Source of the DNA: Candidatus Latescibacterota bacterium
GTDB taxonomy: Bacteria > Latescibacterota > UBA2968
Length of the DNA: 64,000 bases
Reading direction: 5' to 3'
NCBI GenBank assembly: GCA_965198115.1
Contig: OZ240241.1
Span: 1,248,001-1,312,000 of the forward strand
How positions within the stretch are numbered: position 1 is the first letter of the stretch; every line of letters starts with the position of its first letter. Made by a program: the position numbers and the translations under genes. This document shows, one piece after another, positions 31,125 through 41,389 of the stretch. A model generated the notes under the pieces. That model searched no databases. It was not told the DNA's origin and saw only the letters and a list, made by a program, of their open reading frames with translations.

Positions 31125-32657
31125 TTAGCGACCCGGCGCCTTGTCTATCTGATTGTAATACTTGTGGATAGCTCCGATTAGACCGTCGATACTGATGTCG
31201 TTCTCGGGCGCCTCTACAACCACGCTGAAACCACATTCCCGAGCGGTCGCCGTGGTCGTGGGACCGATGCTGGCAGCCACAGTTTGTGCCCGCACCCTCT
31301 CCAGCAGTTTCCGATCCAGCAGATCGTGGAAATGGCGCGCCGTCGAAGAACTGGTGAAAGTCACCATATCGACCGTTCCGGCCGACAATCGCTCGAGCGC
31401 GACGGGTGACACCGTCTCCGGTTTGACCGTTCTGTAGACCACCACTTCCTCGACCGCCACCCCGGCCGAGCGCAGTAGCTCGGGCGCTTCGCTTCTTGCC
31501 ACCTCAGGCCGTGGAATCAGAATTCGCTGCGCTTCGACGCCCGGCAGGCCGGCCAACGACGCCCCGAGTCCGCCAGCGACGTGATGGTCTGGCACCAGGT
31601 CCACGTCCAGCCCGTATTCGCCCACGGTTTTCGCCGTCGAAGGCCCGATCGCAGCAATCTTCACGCATCCGATTTTCCGTATGTCACCCAGCCGGATCAG
31701 CACGCGATCCAGGAACCGACGCACCCCGTTCGGACTGGCGAACAACAGCCACGAGAACGTCTTAATTCGATCGATGGCGTTGTCGGCCGGGCCCCAATCA
31801 ATCGGATCGACAACTTCGATTGTCGGTAGCTCGAGCACCTCGGCACCACGATCCCGAAGGGCTTTGACAAGCACGCTCGATTGTTCGCGAGTGCGGGTAA
31901 CGACGATCGTTTTTCCAGTCAGCGCCTTCTCTTCGAGCCAGGCCAGATCGAACGCCGCCACCTGGCCAATCACGATCACCGCAGGATTCTGAACGTCGAG
32001 CATCGGCAAATCTTGCAAAGCGCCGCGGGCAACGTTCTGTTCCGACCGGGTCCCCCATTGAACGGTCGCCACGGGGGTCTCGGGTGAGGCTCCTCCCTCG
32101 ATCAACAAAGGAACATACTCGGCTCGCTTGCCGACCCCCATATAGATCACGAGCGTTCCACCTGCCGCGCCAAGGGCCCGCCAATCGACCTGCGCGTCAG
32201 GCTTGGTCGGATCCTCGTGTCCGGTAACGAGGGTCACCTGAGTGGCCACACCTCTATGCGTCACCGGGATGCCTGCGTAGGCCGGTGCAGCGAATCCACT
32301 CGTAATGCCCGGCACGACCTCGAACGGAATCCCCTCTGCCTGCAGGAAGAGCGCCTCTTCGCCACCGCGTCCGAAAACGTAGGGGTCGCCACCCTTCAGT
32401 CGAACGACGTGTCGCCCCTCTCGCGCGTGATCGACGAGTAGCTGGTTCGTCTCTTCCTGCGACTTCGCCTTGAACCCCGATCGCTTCCCAACGTAGATGC
32501 GTTCGCATTCCCGACCGACGTACTCGACCAGATCCGGATGCGCGAGATCATCGTAAAGCAAGACCTCCGCCGCCTCCAGGCAGGCCAACCCTCGCAGAGT
32601 GATCAGCCCCGGATCCCCTGGCCCGGCCCCAACGAGACTGACCCTGCCCACGCTCAT
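31125..32657 (-). CDS. cobA: fused uroporphyrinogen-III C-methyltransferase / uroporphyrinogen-III synthase (CobA-HemD)
   Basis: VGAGPGDPGLIT and RLKGGDPYVFGRGGEE, then VVTRTREQ, FASPNGV, TFTSSSTA. Confidence 0.95.
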   Translation of the reverse strand: MSVGRVSLVGAGPGDPGLITLRGLACLEAAEVLLYDDLAHPDLVEYVGRECERIYVGKRSGFKAKSQEETNQLLVDHAREGRHVVRLKGGDPYVFGRGGEEALFLQAEGIPFEVVPGITSGFAAPAYAGIPVTHRGVATQVTLVTGHEDPTKPDAQVDWRALGAAGGTLVIYMGVGKRAEYVPLLIEGGASPETPVATVQWGTRSEQNVARGALQDLPMLDVQNPAVIVIGQVAAFDLAWLEEKALTGKTIVVTRTREQSSVLVKALRDRGAEVLELPTIEVVDPIDWGPADNAIDRIKTFSWLLFASPNGVRRFLDRVLIRLGDIRKIGCVKIAAIGPSTAKTVGEYGLDVDLVPDHHVAGGLGASLAGLPGVEAQRILIPRPEVARSEAPELLRSAGVAVEEVVVYRTVKPETVSPVALERLSAGTVDMVTFTSSSTARHFHDLLDRKLLERVRAQTVAASIGPTTTATARECGFSVVVEAPENDISIDGLIGAIHKYYNQIDKAPGR

Positions 32658-33574
32658 CGGGCAAGCACCTCGTCCAGTACCTTCCTCGCTCCGTCGGACA
32701 AAAGTCCTTCGGCCAACGCGACCCCCACCGCCGTAGCTTCATTCGGATCACCCGTCTGACGCCTGCGAAGCGGAGAAGATCCGTCCGGATGGGCGACGAC
32801 GCCGTCCACCGTCAGATTTCCCTCTATCAAACGCGCCCAGGCTCCGAACGGAATCCGACATCCGCCGCCCAAGTGGTTGAGCGCCGCCCGCTCCGCGTCG
32901 ACTGCCACCCTGGCCGATGGGTCGTTCAGACACGCGACAGCATCGATTGTCGATTCGTCACTCTGACGACAGACCACACCCATCGCGGCTTGCCCCGGCG
33001 CCGGCACGAAAGACTCGGGCGACAATCGTTCCGTGATCATCCCGTCCAATCCGAGACGCTCGAGCCCGGCCGCGGCCAGAATGATGGCGTCGAGATCTTC
33101 GGTCTCGAGCTTTTTCACACGCGTATCGACGTTGCCGCGCAGCGGACGCAGTTCCATATCCGGTCGAAGAGCTCTGACCAGAGCCTGACGCCGGAGACTG
33201 CTCGTGGCCACGCGTGACCCCGGGCGAAGTTTCGCCAGGGTTTCGCCCTGTCGGGAGATGAGGGCGTCGCGCACGTCGGCACGGGGGCTGGCGGCAGCCA
33301 GGGTCAACCCTTTTGCGAGATCGGTTGGAAGGTCTTTCAAGCTGTGAATGGAGAGATCGGTCCGACCGGCGAGGAGAGCTTCGTCCACCTCCTTGGTAAA
33401 CACGCCTTTCCCTTCTATCTGGGCGAAAGATTCGGCCTGATCCCTGTCTCCCTGCGTTCGAATGACCTCGATCGTCACATCCGCGTCAGGGCAGTCGGCA
33501 CGAAGCGTCCGCCTCGCCCATTCTGCCTGCCACAAGGCAAGCTTGCTGCCCCTGGACCCGATCACCGCTCGCAT
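32654..33574 (-). CDS. hemC: hydroxymethylbilane synthase
   Basis: GSRGSKLALWQ, HSLKDLP, TSSLRR, LRGNVDTR, GGGCRIP. Confidence 0.97.
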   Translation of the reverse strand: MRAVIGSRGSKLALWQAEWARRTLRADCPDADVTIEVIRTQGDRDQAESFAQIEGKGVFTKEVDEALLAGRTDLSIHSLKDLPTDLAKGLTLAAASPRADVRDALISRQGETLAKLRPGSRVATSSLRRQALVRALRPDMELRPLRGNVDTRVKKLETEDLDAIILAAAGLERLGLDGMITERLSPESFVPAPGQAAMGVVCRQSDESTIDAVACLNDPSARVAVDAERAALNHLGGGCRIPFGAWARLIEGNLTVDGVVAHPDGSSPLRRRQTGDPNEATAVGVALAEGLLSDGARKVLDEVLAR

Positions 33575-34884
33575 CAGCCTTCGACCTTTCGTCTGCCGGA
33601 TTCCTGTCGGAGTCCTTCCCGAATGGCGTCGGACAGGCTGAAAAGCTCGATCAGCGTGTCGACGTGTGCGGCTCCGTCCCCCTGCTCCGCCGAGGCTTTG
33701 AGACGGGTCGTCGGTGCGTGAAGCAGCTTGTTCGTGAACTGGCGCAGCAGTAGAGCGACCCGTTCCTGCTGCTCGTCCGTCAGGTCGGTCAGCTTGGCGC
33801 GCTCGAGCTCGGCCATCATAATCTCGTGGAAGGCTTTTCGCAGAGCGACCACCGCGGGTTGCACGTCTAGGCTGGCGAGCCAGGCGTTGAAGCTGTGCAC
33901 TTCCTCCTCGACGATGGCGCGTGCCTTTTCTCCTTCCTCGCTCCGCTTCTGGATATTCTCCCCCACGACCGCCTGCAAGTCGTCGATGTCGTAGAGGAGA
34001 ACGTTGTAGATCTCTCCGACGTCGGGCGCAATGTCACGTGGCACGGCAATGTCGATCAGGAACATCTGGCGATTCCGTCTACGCTGCATCGCCGAAGCAA
34101 CCTGCTCCTGCCTGAGGATGTGATGGGGTGCGCTCGTCGAGCTGATGACAATGTCCGCCCGGTGCAGATCCTCGATCGCGGCGTCCCAACCGAGCGCCTT
34201 TCCTTCGACTGCCTGGGCGAGCTCCTCCGCGCGAGACGCGGTCCGGCTCGCCACGAGAAGATCGGTCACGCCGTTCTCCGCCAGATGTCGAGCCGTCAGC
34301 TCACTCATCTCGCCCGCACCGAGCACGAGAGCGGTCGTGTTCGACAGATCACCAAAAATCTTGCGGGCCAACTCGACCGCGGCAAAGGACACCGACACAG
34401 CACCCGCGGCGATTTCCGTCTCCGTCCTCGCCCGTTTGGATGCTTCTACCGCCGACCGGAAAAGTCGATTCATCACACGCGACGAACACCCCGACTCGAG
34501 GGCGAGGCTGCCGGCCTCCTTCACCTGGCCAGCGATCTGGGGTTCCCCCATTATCATCGACTGGAGGCCAGATGCCACACTGAACAAATGCCGCACGGCT
34601 TCGGTATCCCCGTGGACGAACAGGTGGGTGTCGAGTTCGTCCACCGTCATCCCGCTCCGGTCGCACAGAAATCCGACCACTTCATTCCGCGACGCATCCG
34701 GGTCACGCGTAACCGTGTAGGCTTCTGTGCGGTTGCAGGTGGATATCAAAGCCCCCTCGTCGACCGTTTCGAGGGCGAGCAGCGACTCCAGCGCTGTCAG
34801 CGCCTCGCTCGAAGGAACGGCGACACGGTCCCTCACATCGACAGGTGCCGTCTGATGAGATAAGCCGATTACGAGGATAGACAT
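33574..34884 (-). CDS. hemA: glutamyl-tRNA reductase
   Basis: STCNRTE, SMIMGEPQIAGQVK, GAGEM, DIAVPRDI. Confidence 0.97.
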   Translation of the reverse strand: MSILVIGLSHQTAPVDVRDRVAVPSSEALTALESLLALETVDEGALISTCNRTEAYTVTRDPDASRNEVVGFLCDRSGMTVDELDTHLFVHGDTEAVRHLFSVASGLQSMIMGEPQIAGQVKEAGSLALESGCSSRVMNRLFRSAVEASKRARTETEIAAGAVSVSFAAVELARKIFGDLSNTTALVLGAGEMSELTARHLAENGVTDLLVASRTASRAEELAQAVEGKALGWDAAIEDLHRADIVISSTSAPHHILRQEQVASAMQRRRNRQMFLIDIAVPRDIAPDVGEIYNVLLYDIDDLQAVVGENIQKRSEEGEKARAIVEEEVHSFNAWLASLDVQPAVVALRKAFHEIMMAELERAKLTDLTDEQQERVALLLRQFTNKLLHAPTTRLKASAEQGDGAAHVDTLIELFSLSDAIREGLRQESGRRKVEG

Positions 34885-35510
34885 TGCGTCACCCGTTCCT
34901 CGATTGCACGATCGTTGCCCTCTTTCACCCAGTCGACCATCTCCCAGCTCACCAGGTCGTTCCAGAACGCCCGACGGCGGGACGGATCATCCGGAAAACG
35001 CTCCATCACGCGTGGTCTCAGACGCTCGAGCAGGTCCACGACGTCACCGTGTTCGGGACCGAAAATCTCCTCGAGTCGTTCTCGGACGAGCCGTGCGTAA
35101 GTGGGGCTCCCCCCGCTGGTCGAGGCGGCCAGTGTCAGCCCGCCCCGCCGCAGGGTAGAGGGCACGACGAAATCGCAACGATCGAGCGTCGTGGCGTCGT
35201 TGTAGAGAGCTCCTACCGCACTCGCGGCCATCGCGACAGCTTGGTTGACTCCGTCATCGTCGGTCGCCCCGAAGACGAGCCGTGCATTGGCGACGTCACC
35301 GCTTTCGAACCTGCGCCTGTGCCAGACCACCTTCCTGCCTGCAGCCATTTTGGTCAGCTCGCCCGTGACCTCGGGCGCGACGACCTCGACGGCCGCCCGG
35401 GCCTCCAGAAGGGCAGAGACTTTGCGCTCGCCGACGCGCCCTCCTCCGACCACGAGACACCGCTTGCCTTCGATGTCCAGAAGCAGTGGGTAGTGCCGGG
35501 CTGAAGACAC
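34869..35510 (-). CDS. precorrin-2 dehydrogenase / sirohydrochlorin ferrochelatase (SirC/Met8-like)
   Basis: YPLLLD...LVVGGGRVGERK, ATDD, STSGGSP. Confidence 0.92.
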   Translation of the reverse strand: MSSARHYPLLLDIEGKRCLVVGGGRVGERKVSALLEARAAVEVVAPEVTGELTKMAAGRKVVWHRRRFESGDVANARLVFGATDDDGVNQAVAMAASAVGALYNDATTLDRCDFVVPSTLRRGGLTLAASTSGGSPTYARLVRERLEEIFGPEHGDVVDLLERLRPRVMERFPDDPSRRRAFWNDLVSWEMVDWVKEGNDRAIEERVTQCLSS

Positions 35511-35511
35511 G

Positions 35512-36327
35512 TCAGCCTCCAAACGGATGGTGACCGCTGAAAAAGACACCGACGACGGGAAAGGCGAGAATGACGAGTGTGAATCCGGCGATCGACAGGA
35601 ACGCAGCCCGCCTGCCCTGCCACCCCAACGCGTAACGTGCGATCACGTGTCCTCCGTAAATGACCCAGGTCAGGAGCAGCGGCGCGACCGTCGGTTCTGC
35701 CCAGACCCACGCCCTGTTCATTTCCTGATAGGCCCAGACCGTGCTCGAAACAACGCCCGCCGTCAACAGAATGTAACCGAATGTGGCGGCCCTGTTGTTC
35801 AACAGATCGAGCACGTCGAGCGAGGGAAGTCGCTCGTAGAAGTAACCCAAGTGCTTGTGTTGAATCTCACCGAGCAGCATCACATACATCACTGCGTTAA
35901 CGCAGGAGATTGCGAAAGCGGCGTAGGCGAGGATGTAGGCGAGGACGTGCAACCGAAACCAGCCCCCGCTATGGGGCGCGGCAGCCGCTTCGACGCCGTA
36001 GAGTTGCGGAATGGCGAGCAGGTGGAGCAGCCATACAATCGGGACGATCAGCGCGCCGAGGGACCGCTCCCGCGACGTCAACTCGAGATACAGGTAGACG
36101 ATCACGATCAGCCAGGCACAGAGCGCCGGCAGCGCTTCCTTCGTGAGCGGGACACTCCCGCTCTGCGCAGTCAGCAAGCCCAGAAAGAAGGTCTGCGTCA
36201 CCCAGCCAGCCAACATCGCCGACGTACCGACCGAGCCCCTTGCAGCCGACCTCGTCTGGAAATTCAGAGCGTAGGCGCCCGCGCTCACCGTGTAAAGCAG
36301 CGCCGATAGGATGAGCAGCGTATCCAA
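35512..36327 (-). CDS. cytochrome c assembly protein (CcsA/HemX-like)
   Basis: About 8 TM helices, HVLAYILAY, RLPSLDVLD, GWQGRRAA, C-terminal His. Confidence 0.85.
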   Translation of the reverse strand: MDTLLILSALLYTVSAGAYALNFQTRSAARGSVGTSAMLAGWVTQTFFLGLLTAQSGSVPLTKEALPALCAWLIVIVYLYLELTSRERSLGALIVPIVWLLHLLAIPQLYGVEAAAAPHSGGWFRLHVLAYILAYAAFAISCVNAVMYVMLLGEIQHKHLGYFYERLPSLDVLDLLNNRAATFGYILLTAGVVSSTVWAYQEMNRAWVWAEPTVAPLLLTWVIYGGHVIARYALGWQGRRAAFLSIAGFTLVILAFPVVGVFFSGHHPFGG

Positions 36328-36915
36328 CCGTCTCCCTCAAAAACCAAGACCTCTGGATCCGGCGGATCCAAAGGTCGAAAAGCGCCACACAGCCAACGAA
36401 TCGAAAATGGTTTAGCCAGGCACCTCGAGGTAGTCCTCGACCTCGACCTTAAAATGCCGTGGGTCGTCTGCGCCGACGATCGCGCGCGACCCGTCGGCAC
36501 CACGCTCGTTGAACTCTTTGTAGAGATCGACAACAAAGGGCGAGGGCCGACGTTTGCCGAACTGCGTGAAGATCACCCCGACCTTGGGTCGCAACGAATC
36601 CAGTGGGTTCACTTCCATCACGACGCCCATCTCTTCGGTGTTCAACTTGACGAAGCTTCCGACCGGATAAATCCCGAGCTGTTTGATGAAGGTATCGACC
36701 ACGTCGGTGTCGAAATCTGTGCCCTTGCCATCGAAGATCACGCGCAGGGCGACGTGCGGCGGCAACCCTGGTTTAATGGACGCGCAGAAGTCAGAGCGTC
36801 GTAGACGTCGGCCACGGCAGCCATCTTCGCCCAAGGGTGCATCTCGTCGCCCGCTATCCCGCGAGGATAGCCCTTACCGCTGACCTTTTCGTGGTGTTGG
36901 CCGGTGATATAAAAA

Positions 36916-38335
36916 GGCTCTATCCGGGTTTCTCAACGGTGAAACTATAGAATGACAAGGTCATAGATCGTTCCCTACGCTTGGTTGTGTGTGTAGGACA
37001 ATCAAAGCGAAGGGGGTGCGACCTATGACCGGGAGCAGATTACTATCGAAACTGCTGAGATTCAAGGGGTTCCGTGTTGTCAGCTGGTGGTTTGAGGGGA
37101 GAAGCTGCTTCGTCATCGCCGTAAAGCCACATAAGAATGGTTGTTGTTGTCCGGAGTGCGGCCGTCGAGGTAAAATCGTCCGCACAATGCCCCATCCGCG
37201 TCGGTGGCGTGACATTCCGGTGTGCGGGTGGAGGGTCTGGCTTCTCTACCATCCTCGGGAGATTCGGTGTCCTACCCACGGTCGTGTGGTCGAGGAGATT
37301 CCGTGGGCGGAGCGGTTCTCTCGGGTGACGTATCGCTTCGAGTATGCCATGCTGCGCTACTGCCAGACCATGACGCAGAAGGCGGCGTCCGAGTTACTGC
37401 GCATCTCTGCCTCGACGCTGTCGGATCTCCTTCACCGATCCATCACGCGGCTTCGTGAAGGTCATCGTATCCGAGGGCTCAAAACCATCGGGATCGACGA
37501 GATCTCCTACGCCAAGCGTCACAGGTACGCCACGCTCGTTTACGATCTGGACCGCTCCTGCGTGGTGTGGGTTGGCCGCGGCAGGGCGCGTAAAACGATC
37601 GATCGGTTCTTCACAGAGGCTCTCAGTCCCTACCGGAGATCCAAGATCGAGTGGGCCTGCTGCGACATGAGCGAAGCTTACATCGGAGCCATCCAGGAAC
37701 ACTGTCCGAATGCCAAGCTGGTCCTCGATCGCTTTCACATCGTCAAGGCTCTCAATGCCGCCGTTGACGAGGTCCGTAAGGACCAGTGGCGTAAAGCTGC
37801 CCCGGATGAGCGCAAAGCCATGAAGGGCCTCCGATGGCTCCTCTACCGGCACTCAGCGACACGCTCCAGAGGGGATACTCGGACACTCAAAGCACTGGAG
37901 AAGGCGAACTACCGAATCTATAGAGCCTGGAGACTCAAGGACGAGTTCGAGCAGTTCTGGGAATACAAAGCGCCCTGGGCTGCCGAACGCTTCCTGAAAT
38001 GCTGGACGACGTCCGCACTCAGAAGTCGACTTGAACCCCTGCGAAAGTTCGTCAGGACCCTGCGACAGCACTTCTTCGGCGTCCTCGCATTCGTGAACAC
38101 GCGTCTTACCAACGCCATCGCCGAAGGCCTCAACCGAATCGTCCAAATCGTCAAGAACCGAGCCAGCGGATTCCGCACACTCGACGCATTCAACGATATG
38201 ATCTTCCTTACCGTCGGAGACATAAACATCCCTGAGCAGATTCCGAAGAGGTTCCGCACACTCTAACCGCGCCCCCATGCCAGGAACCACGGCACCTTCA
38301 CCCACTTCAGCTCGTTGAGAGATCCGGATATAGCC
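36916..38335 (+). mobile_element. ISL3-family IS, copy 2 (intact)
   Basis: Same TIRs as copy 1. 8-bp TSD TATAAAAA at 36908-36915 and 38336-38343. 1420 bp. Confidence 0.96.
37025..38266 (+). CDS. ISL3-family transposase
   Basis: Full-length ORF with CPECG, GIDE, DRFH and NAIAEGLN. Confidence 0.95.
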   Translation: MTGSRLLSKLLRFKGFRVVSWWFEGRSCFVIAVKPHKNGCCCPECGRRGKIVRTMPHPRRWRDIPVCGWRVWLLYHPREIRCPTHGRVVEEIPWAERFSRVTYRFEYAMLRYCQTMTQKAASELLRISASTLSDLLHRSITRLREGHRIRGLKTIGIDEISYAKRHRYATLVYDLDRSCVVWVGRGRARKTIDRFFTEALSPYRRSKIEWACCDMSEAYIGAIQEHCPNAKLVLDRFHIVKALNAAVDEVRKDQWRKAAPDERKAMKGLRWLLYRHSATRSRGDTRTLKALEKANYRIYRAWRLKDEFEQFWEYKAPWAAERFLKCWTTSALRSRLEPLRKFVRTLRQHFFGVLAFVNTRLTNAIAEGLNRIVQIVKNRASGFRTLDAFNDMIFLTVGDINIPEQIPKRFRTL

Positions 38336-39202
38336 TATAAAAAGCCTCCTCCGGGACATTTCCCATCGTCTTGAGGATCTCTTCACCGAAGAGCGGATGG
38401 CTCATGATGACCTTCCGCTCGTCGTCTGTGAGCGGGCCGGGCTTGTCGAGCACCGACAACGGAATCTTGGCCTTTCCCACGTCGTGCAGCAATCCACCCA
38501 CGCCGATGACTCCGGCCTCCTCTTCGGTCACGCCCGACGCGTAAGCGATTGCAAGCGTGAGACAACACACGTTGACCGAGTGGGTGTAGGTATGCTCGCT
38601 GTAGTCTTTGAGTGCCGTGAGGCTGAGGAGAGCGTCAACGTTGCGGAAAACACTGCCCGTGAGCGTCTTGGAAGCCAGCTCCACTTTTTCGTGGTCGATG
38701 CTTCCACCCTGGGCGGCGTTGCCCATGAAATCTTTGACGATTTTGACGGACGCGCCGCGAATCTTGCGGGCAACTTTGATCTCGTCTTTGTAGAAAGTCT
38801 GTCGACCCGCAGGAGGCACGGCCTTCTTGACTTCCTTCATCACGACAGGTGCCGCTTGAACGCGGCCCGCCGCGGAATCCTTGCCCTTCGACGTGTCGAT
38901 CGTGACTTCGTTCAGCCCGGCTTCCTTTAGTCGCCGAACCTGGTTCTGCGATGTGACGAGCATCCCCTTGCCAAGCAGGAGCACGTTCTTGCCCGACGCT
39001 GGCGTCGCTCCCTTGCCCTTGGCGGCATCTCGGACGTCGGCCTCGATGAACATTCCGACTTCGATACTATCGATTGAGATCTTCTTCTTAGCCATCACTC
39101 AACTCGAAAGGGCATCTATGCGAAAAGTGAAACTGTGCTAACCGCAGGATAATCGGAAAGTTACGAAAAGGCCCTACCCTAATCAACACAAAACACCCGC
39201 CG

Positions 39203-40348
39203 TCAAGCCGTGATTTGCCCCAAAACAACGGCGCGTGAGGCACCTGTCACACGCGGTAGGTTACCCGGTCGTCCCGCCATCGTTTCCGTCGCGAGAATGG
39301 CGAAGGCGACCGCCTCTTTGACATCCGGATCCAGTCCAAGACGATCGGACGAGTCGACACGACACCAGGGTAGCGCAGACACCAACCCGTCCATAAGCGT
39401 AGGATTGTTCCTACCTCCACCACTGACATAAACTTCATCAGGATCGAAGACCGGACGAACGAAACGATCGACGCTGAGTCCCACGCTTTGTGCCGTCAGC
39501 TGTGTAGCGGTCGCGACCTGATCCTGGAACGAGACGTCTTCGCTCATCGCCTGAAATCTTTTCAGAAACGAATCCCCGAACAACTCACGACCGGTCGATT
39601 TGGGCGGCGATGCATCGAAATACGGATGCCCCAGAAGCTCTTCAACGATCGAAGCTTGAGCCCTCCCGGCACGAGCGATCTTTCCGTCCCGATCGTATGA
39701 TTCGCTCGCGTCGGACAAACCGACGAGTGCGTCGATGAGCATGTTACCAGGGCCCGTGTCGAATGCGAAGACATCATCGCGCGAACAACCGGGTGCCAGT
39801 GCGGTCAGGTTGGCGATGCCACCCAGGTTCAGCATCACGCGACCGACAGTCTCCGATCGGCAGAGCAGATAATCGACGAGTGGTACGAGCGGCGCGCCCT
39901 GCCCGCCTACCGCGATGTCACGGCTCCTGAAGTCGGAGACCACCGGGACTCCCACCATTTCGGCAATCGTCGCGGCATCGCCGATCTGCAAGGTCGACCG
40001 AACTGATATGCCGTAGACGTCGACCGCCTCTGGCAGATGGTGAATCGTCTGGCCGTGCGATCCGATAACGTCGACTCGCGAGGGCTCGACGTTCGCCCTC
40101 TCGCAAGTCGCCAACGCTGCCTCGCCGAAGTAGCGACCGACGAGCACGTTCAGTCGGCAGATCTCGTCCACCGAGCCTCCACCGGGATGCGCGACAGCGA
40201 TCAGGGCGTCGCGCACCTCGGCCGGATACGGTTCGCTGTGAAACGACATCAGCGAGAAATCGACTCGATCGGCCTCCGACGCGAGCTCCACGAGTGCCGC
40301 ATCGACACCATCCGCGGATGTTCCCGACATCAGCCCGATCGCCAGCAT
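39203..40348 (-). CDS. anmK: anhydro-N-acetylmuramic acid kinase
   Basis: GLMSGTSADGVD, GSHGQT, GGQGAPLVP, FDTGPGN, KSTGRE, KEAVAFA. Confidence 0.96.
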   Translation of the reverse strand: MLAIGLMSGTSADGVDAALVELASEADRVDFSLMSFHSEPYPAEVRDALIAVAHPGGGSVDEICRLNVLVGRYFGEAALATCERANVEPSRVDVIGSHGQTIHHLPEAVDVYGISVRSTLQIGDAATIAEMVGVPVVSDFRSRDIAVGGQGAPLVPLVDYLLCRSETVGRVMLNLGGIANLTALAPGCSRDDVFAFDTGPGNMLIDALVGLSDASESYDRDGKIARAGRAQASIVEELLGHPYFDASPPKSTGRELFGDSFLKRFQAMSEDVSFQDQVATATQLTAQSVGLSVDRFVRPVFDPDEVYVSGGGRNNPTLMDGLVSALPWCRVDSSDRLGLDPDVKEAVAFAILATETMAGRPGNLPRVTGASRAVVLGQITA

Positions 40349-41310
40349 TAGATAGCTTCCGTTCCCTTGTCAGGCCTGCGCCTCAACACGAAGGCAATAC
40401 CTCCTGCCAGGCTGGCCGCGATACCAGCCAGATATCCGATGAACATCATCGCCAGCGCCTCGGGCGTCCCGACACCGACCCGGGCGAACAGAATCGCACC
40501 GAGATTCTCCCGAACGCCGATCCCGCCAAACGAAATCGGGACGGCTGCCACGATCGCGATCAGCGGTATAAAGACCAGGAAGTGAACGTATGCGACGTCT
40601 AAACCCATTCCCCATCCCACTGTGAAGTAGACAGCCACACGGCTGAGCTGGACGGTGGCGGCCACGAGCCCGACGCAAAACAGAAGCCGGTAGGCGTGCC
40701 GATATTCGATGAACCCGTCTCGAATGTCTCCGAGTATACGAAGAACCCGTTCGGGTAGAATTTTGGCACTGACCATAAGCGTCCAGGCACTCAGCCGCCT
40801 ACTGAACCCGAAGGAAAGGATGCCTAAGATGGCGACGGCAAGGGCTGTCATCGGTGCAACGAGACCGGGTGTCCACAGGCCGGGTTTCGTGGCAAACGCG
40901 ACGATGCAGAATGCGATGAGCGTGAAAAGGCCGATGAACCGGTCCATGAAAACCGCCGCAAACCCAGCTGTTGCCCGCCCAGTCAGCGACTTCAGATCGT
41001 AGACGCGCACCGCGTCCCCCCCAATGTTGCTGACGAGAAAGTTGTTGAAGAAAACGCCCACGAAGTAAATCGTCAGCACGGATCGAAAGGGCAGGTGAAT
41101 GTTTTGACCCCGCAATAGCAGAGCCCACTGCACGGCCCCCAGCACATTACTCAGCGCGAAAAGTAACGCACCTAACACCCACGCCCGCAGCGAGATACGG
41201 CGAGCGGCCTCGGTCAGGTCCTGAAGTTCGATCTGATGCAGAAACAGCCACACGAGCAACGCGCTGATGGCGAACTTGAGCCCAGCGAAAAGAACTGTCT
41301 TCGTGTTCAA
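40348..41310 (-). CDS. lysylphosphatidylglycerol-synthase-TM / flippase-like membrane protein (start uncertain)
   Basis: FFNNFLVSNIGGDAVR, MDRFIG, PISFGGIGVRE. Confidence 0.85.
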   Translation of the reverse strand: MNTKTVLFAGLKFAISALLVWLFLHQIELQDLTEAARRISLRAWVLGALLFALSNVLGAVQWALLLRGQNIHLPFRSVLTIYFVGVFFNNFLVSNIGGDAVRVYDLKSLTGRATAGFAAVFMDRFIGLFTLIAFCIVAFATKPGLWTPGLVAPMTALAVAILGILSFGFSRRLSAWTLMVSAKILPERVLRILGDIRDGFIEYRHAYRLLFCVGLVAATVQLSRVAVYFTVGWGMGLDVAYVHFLVFIPLIAIVAAVPISFGGIGVRENLGAILFARVGVGTPEALAMMFIGYLAGIAASLAGGIAFVLRRRPDKGTEAI

Positions 41311-41389
41311 GACGCGCCCTCGACCCCTGCGTGCCCAGGGCAATCTGCGCACCATCGAAGGGCTTCCCAGCTCCTCCGCCCAGAATGCC

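Larger units (their letters stand above)
36412..39098 (-). pseudogene. HD-GYP c-di-GMP phosphodiesterase with DUF3391-like N-terminus, ISL3-interrupted and frameshifted
   Basis: YTHSVNV and LLHDVGK. Removing the IS gives EEAFY-ITGQHHEKVSGKGYP...VADVYDALTSARP, then a 1-nt deletion at ~36775 before KPGLPP...GIYPVGSFVKLNTEE. Confidence 0.92.

Noticed and set aside
12883-38335. Composite ISL3 transposon
   Set aside because: Each copy has its own matching TSD, so they are independent insertions.
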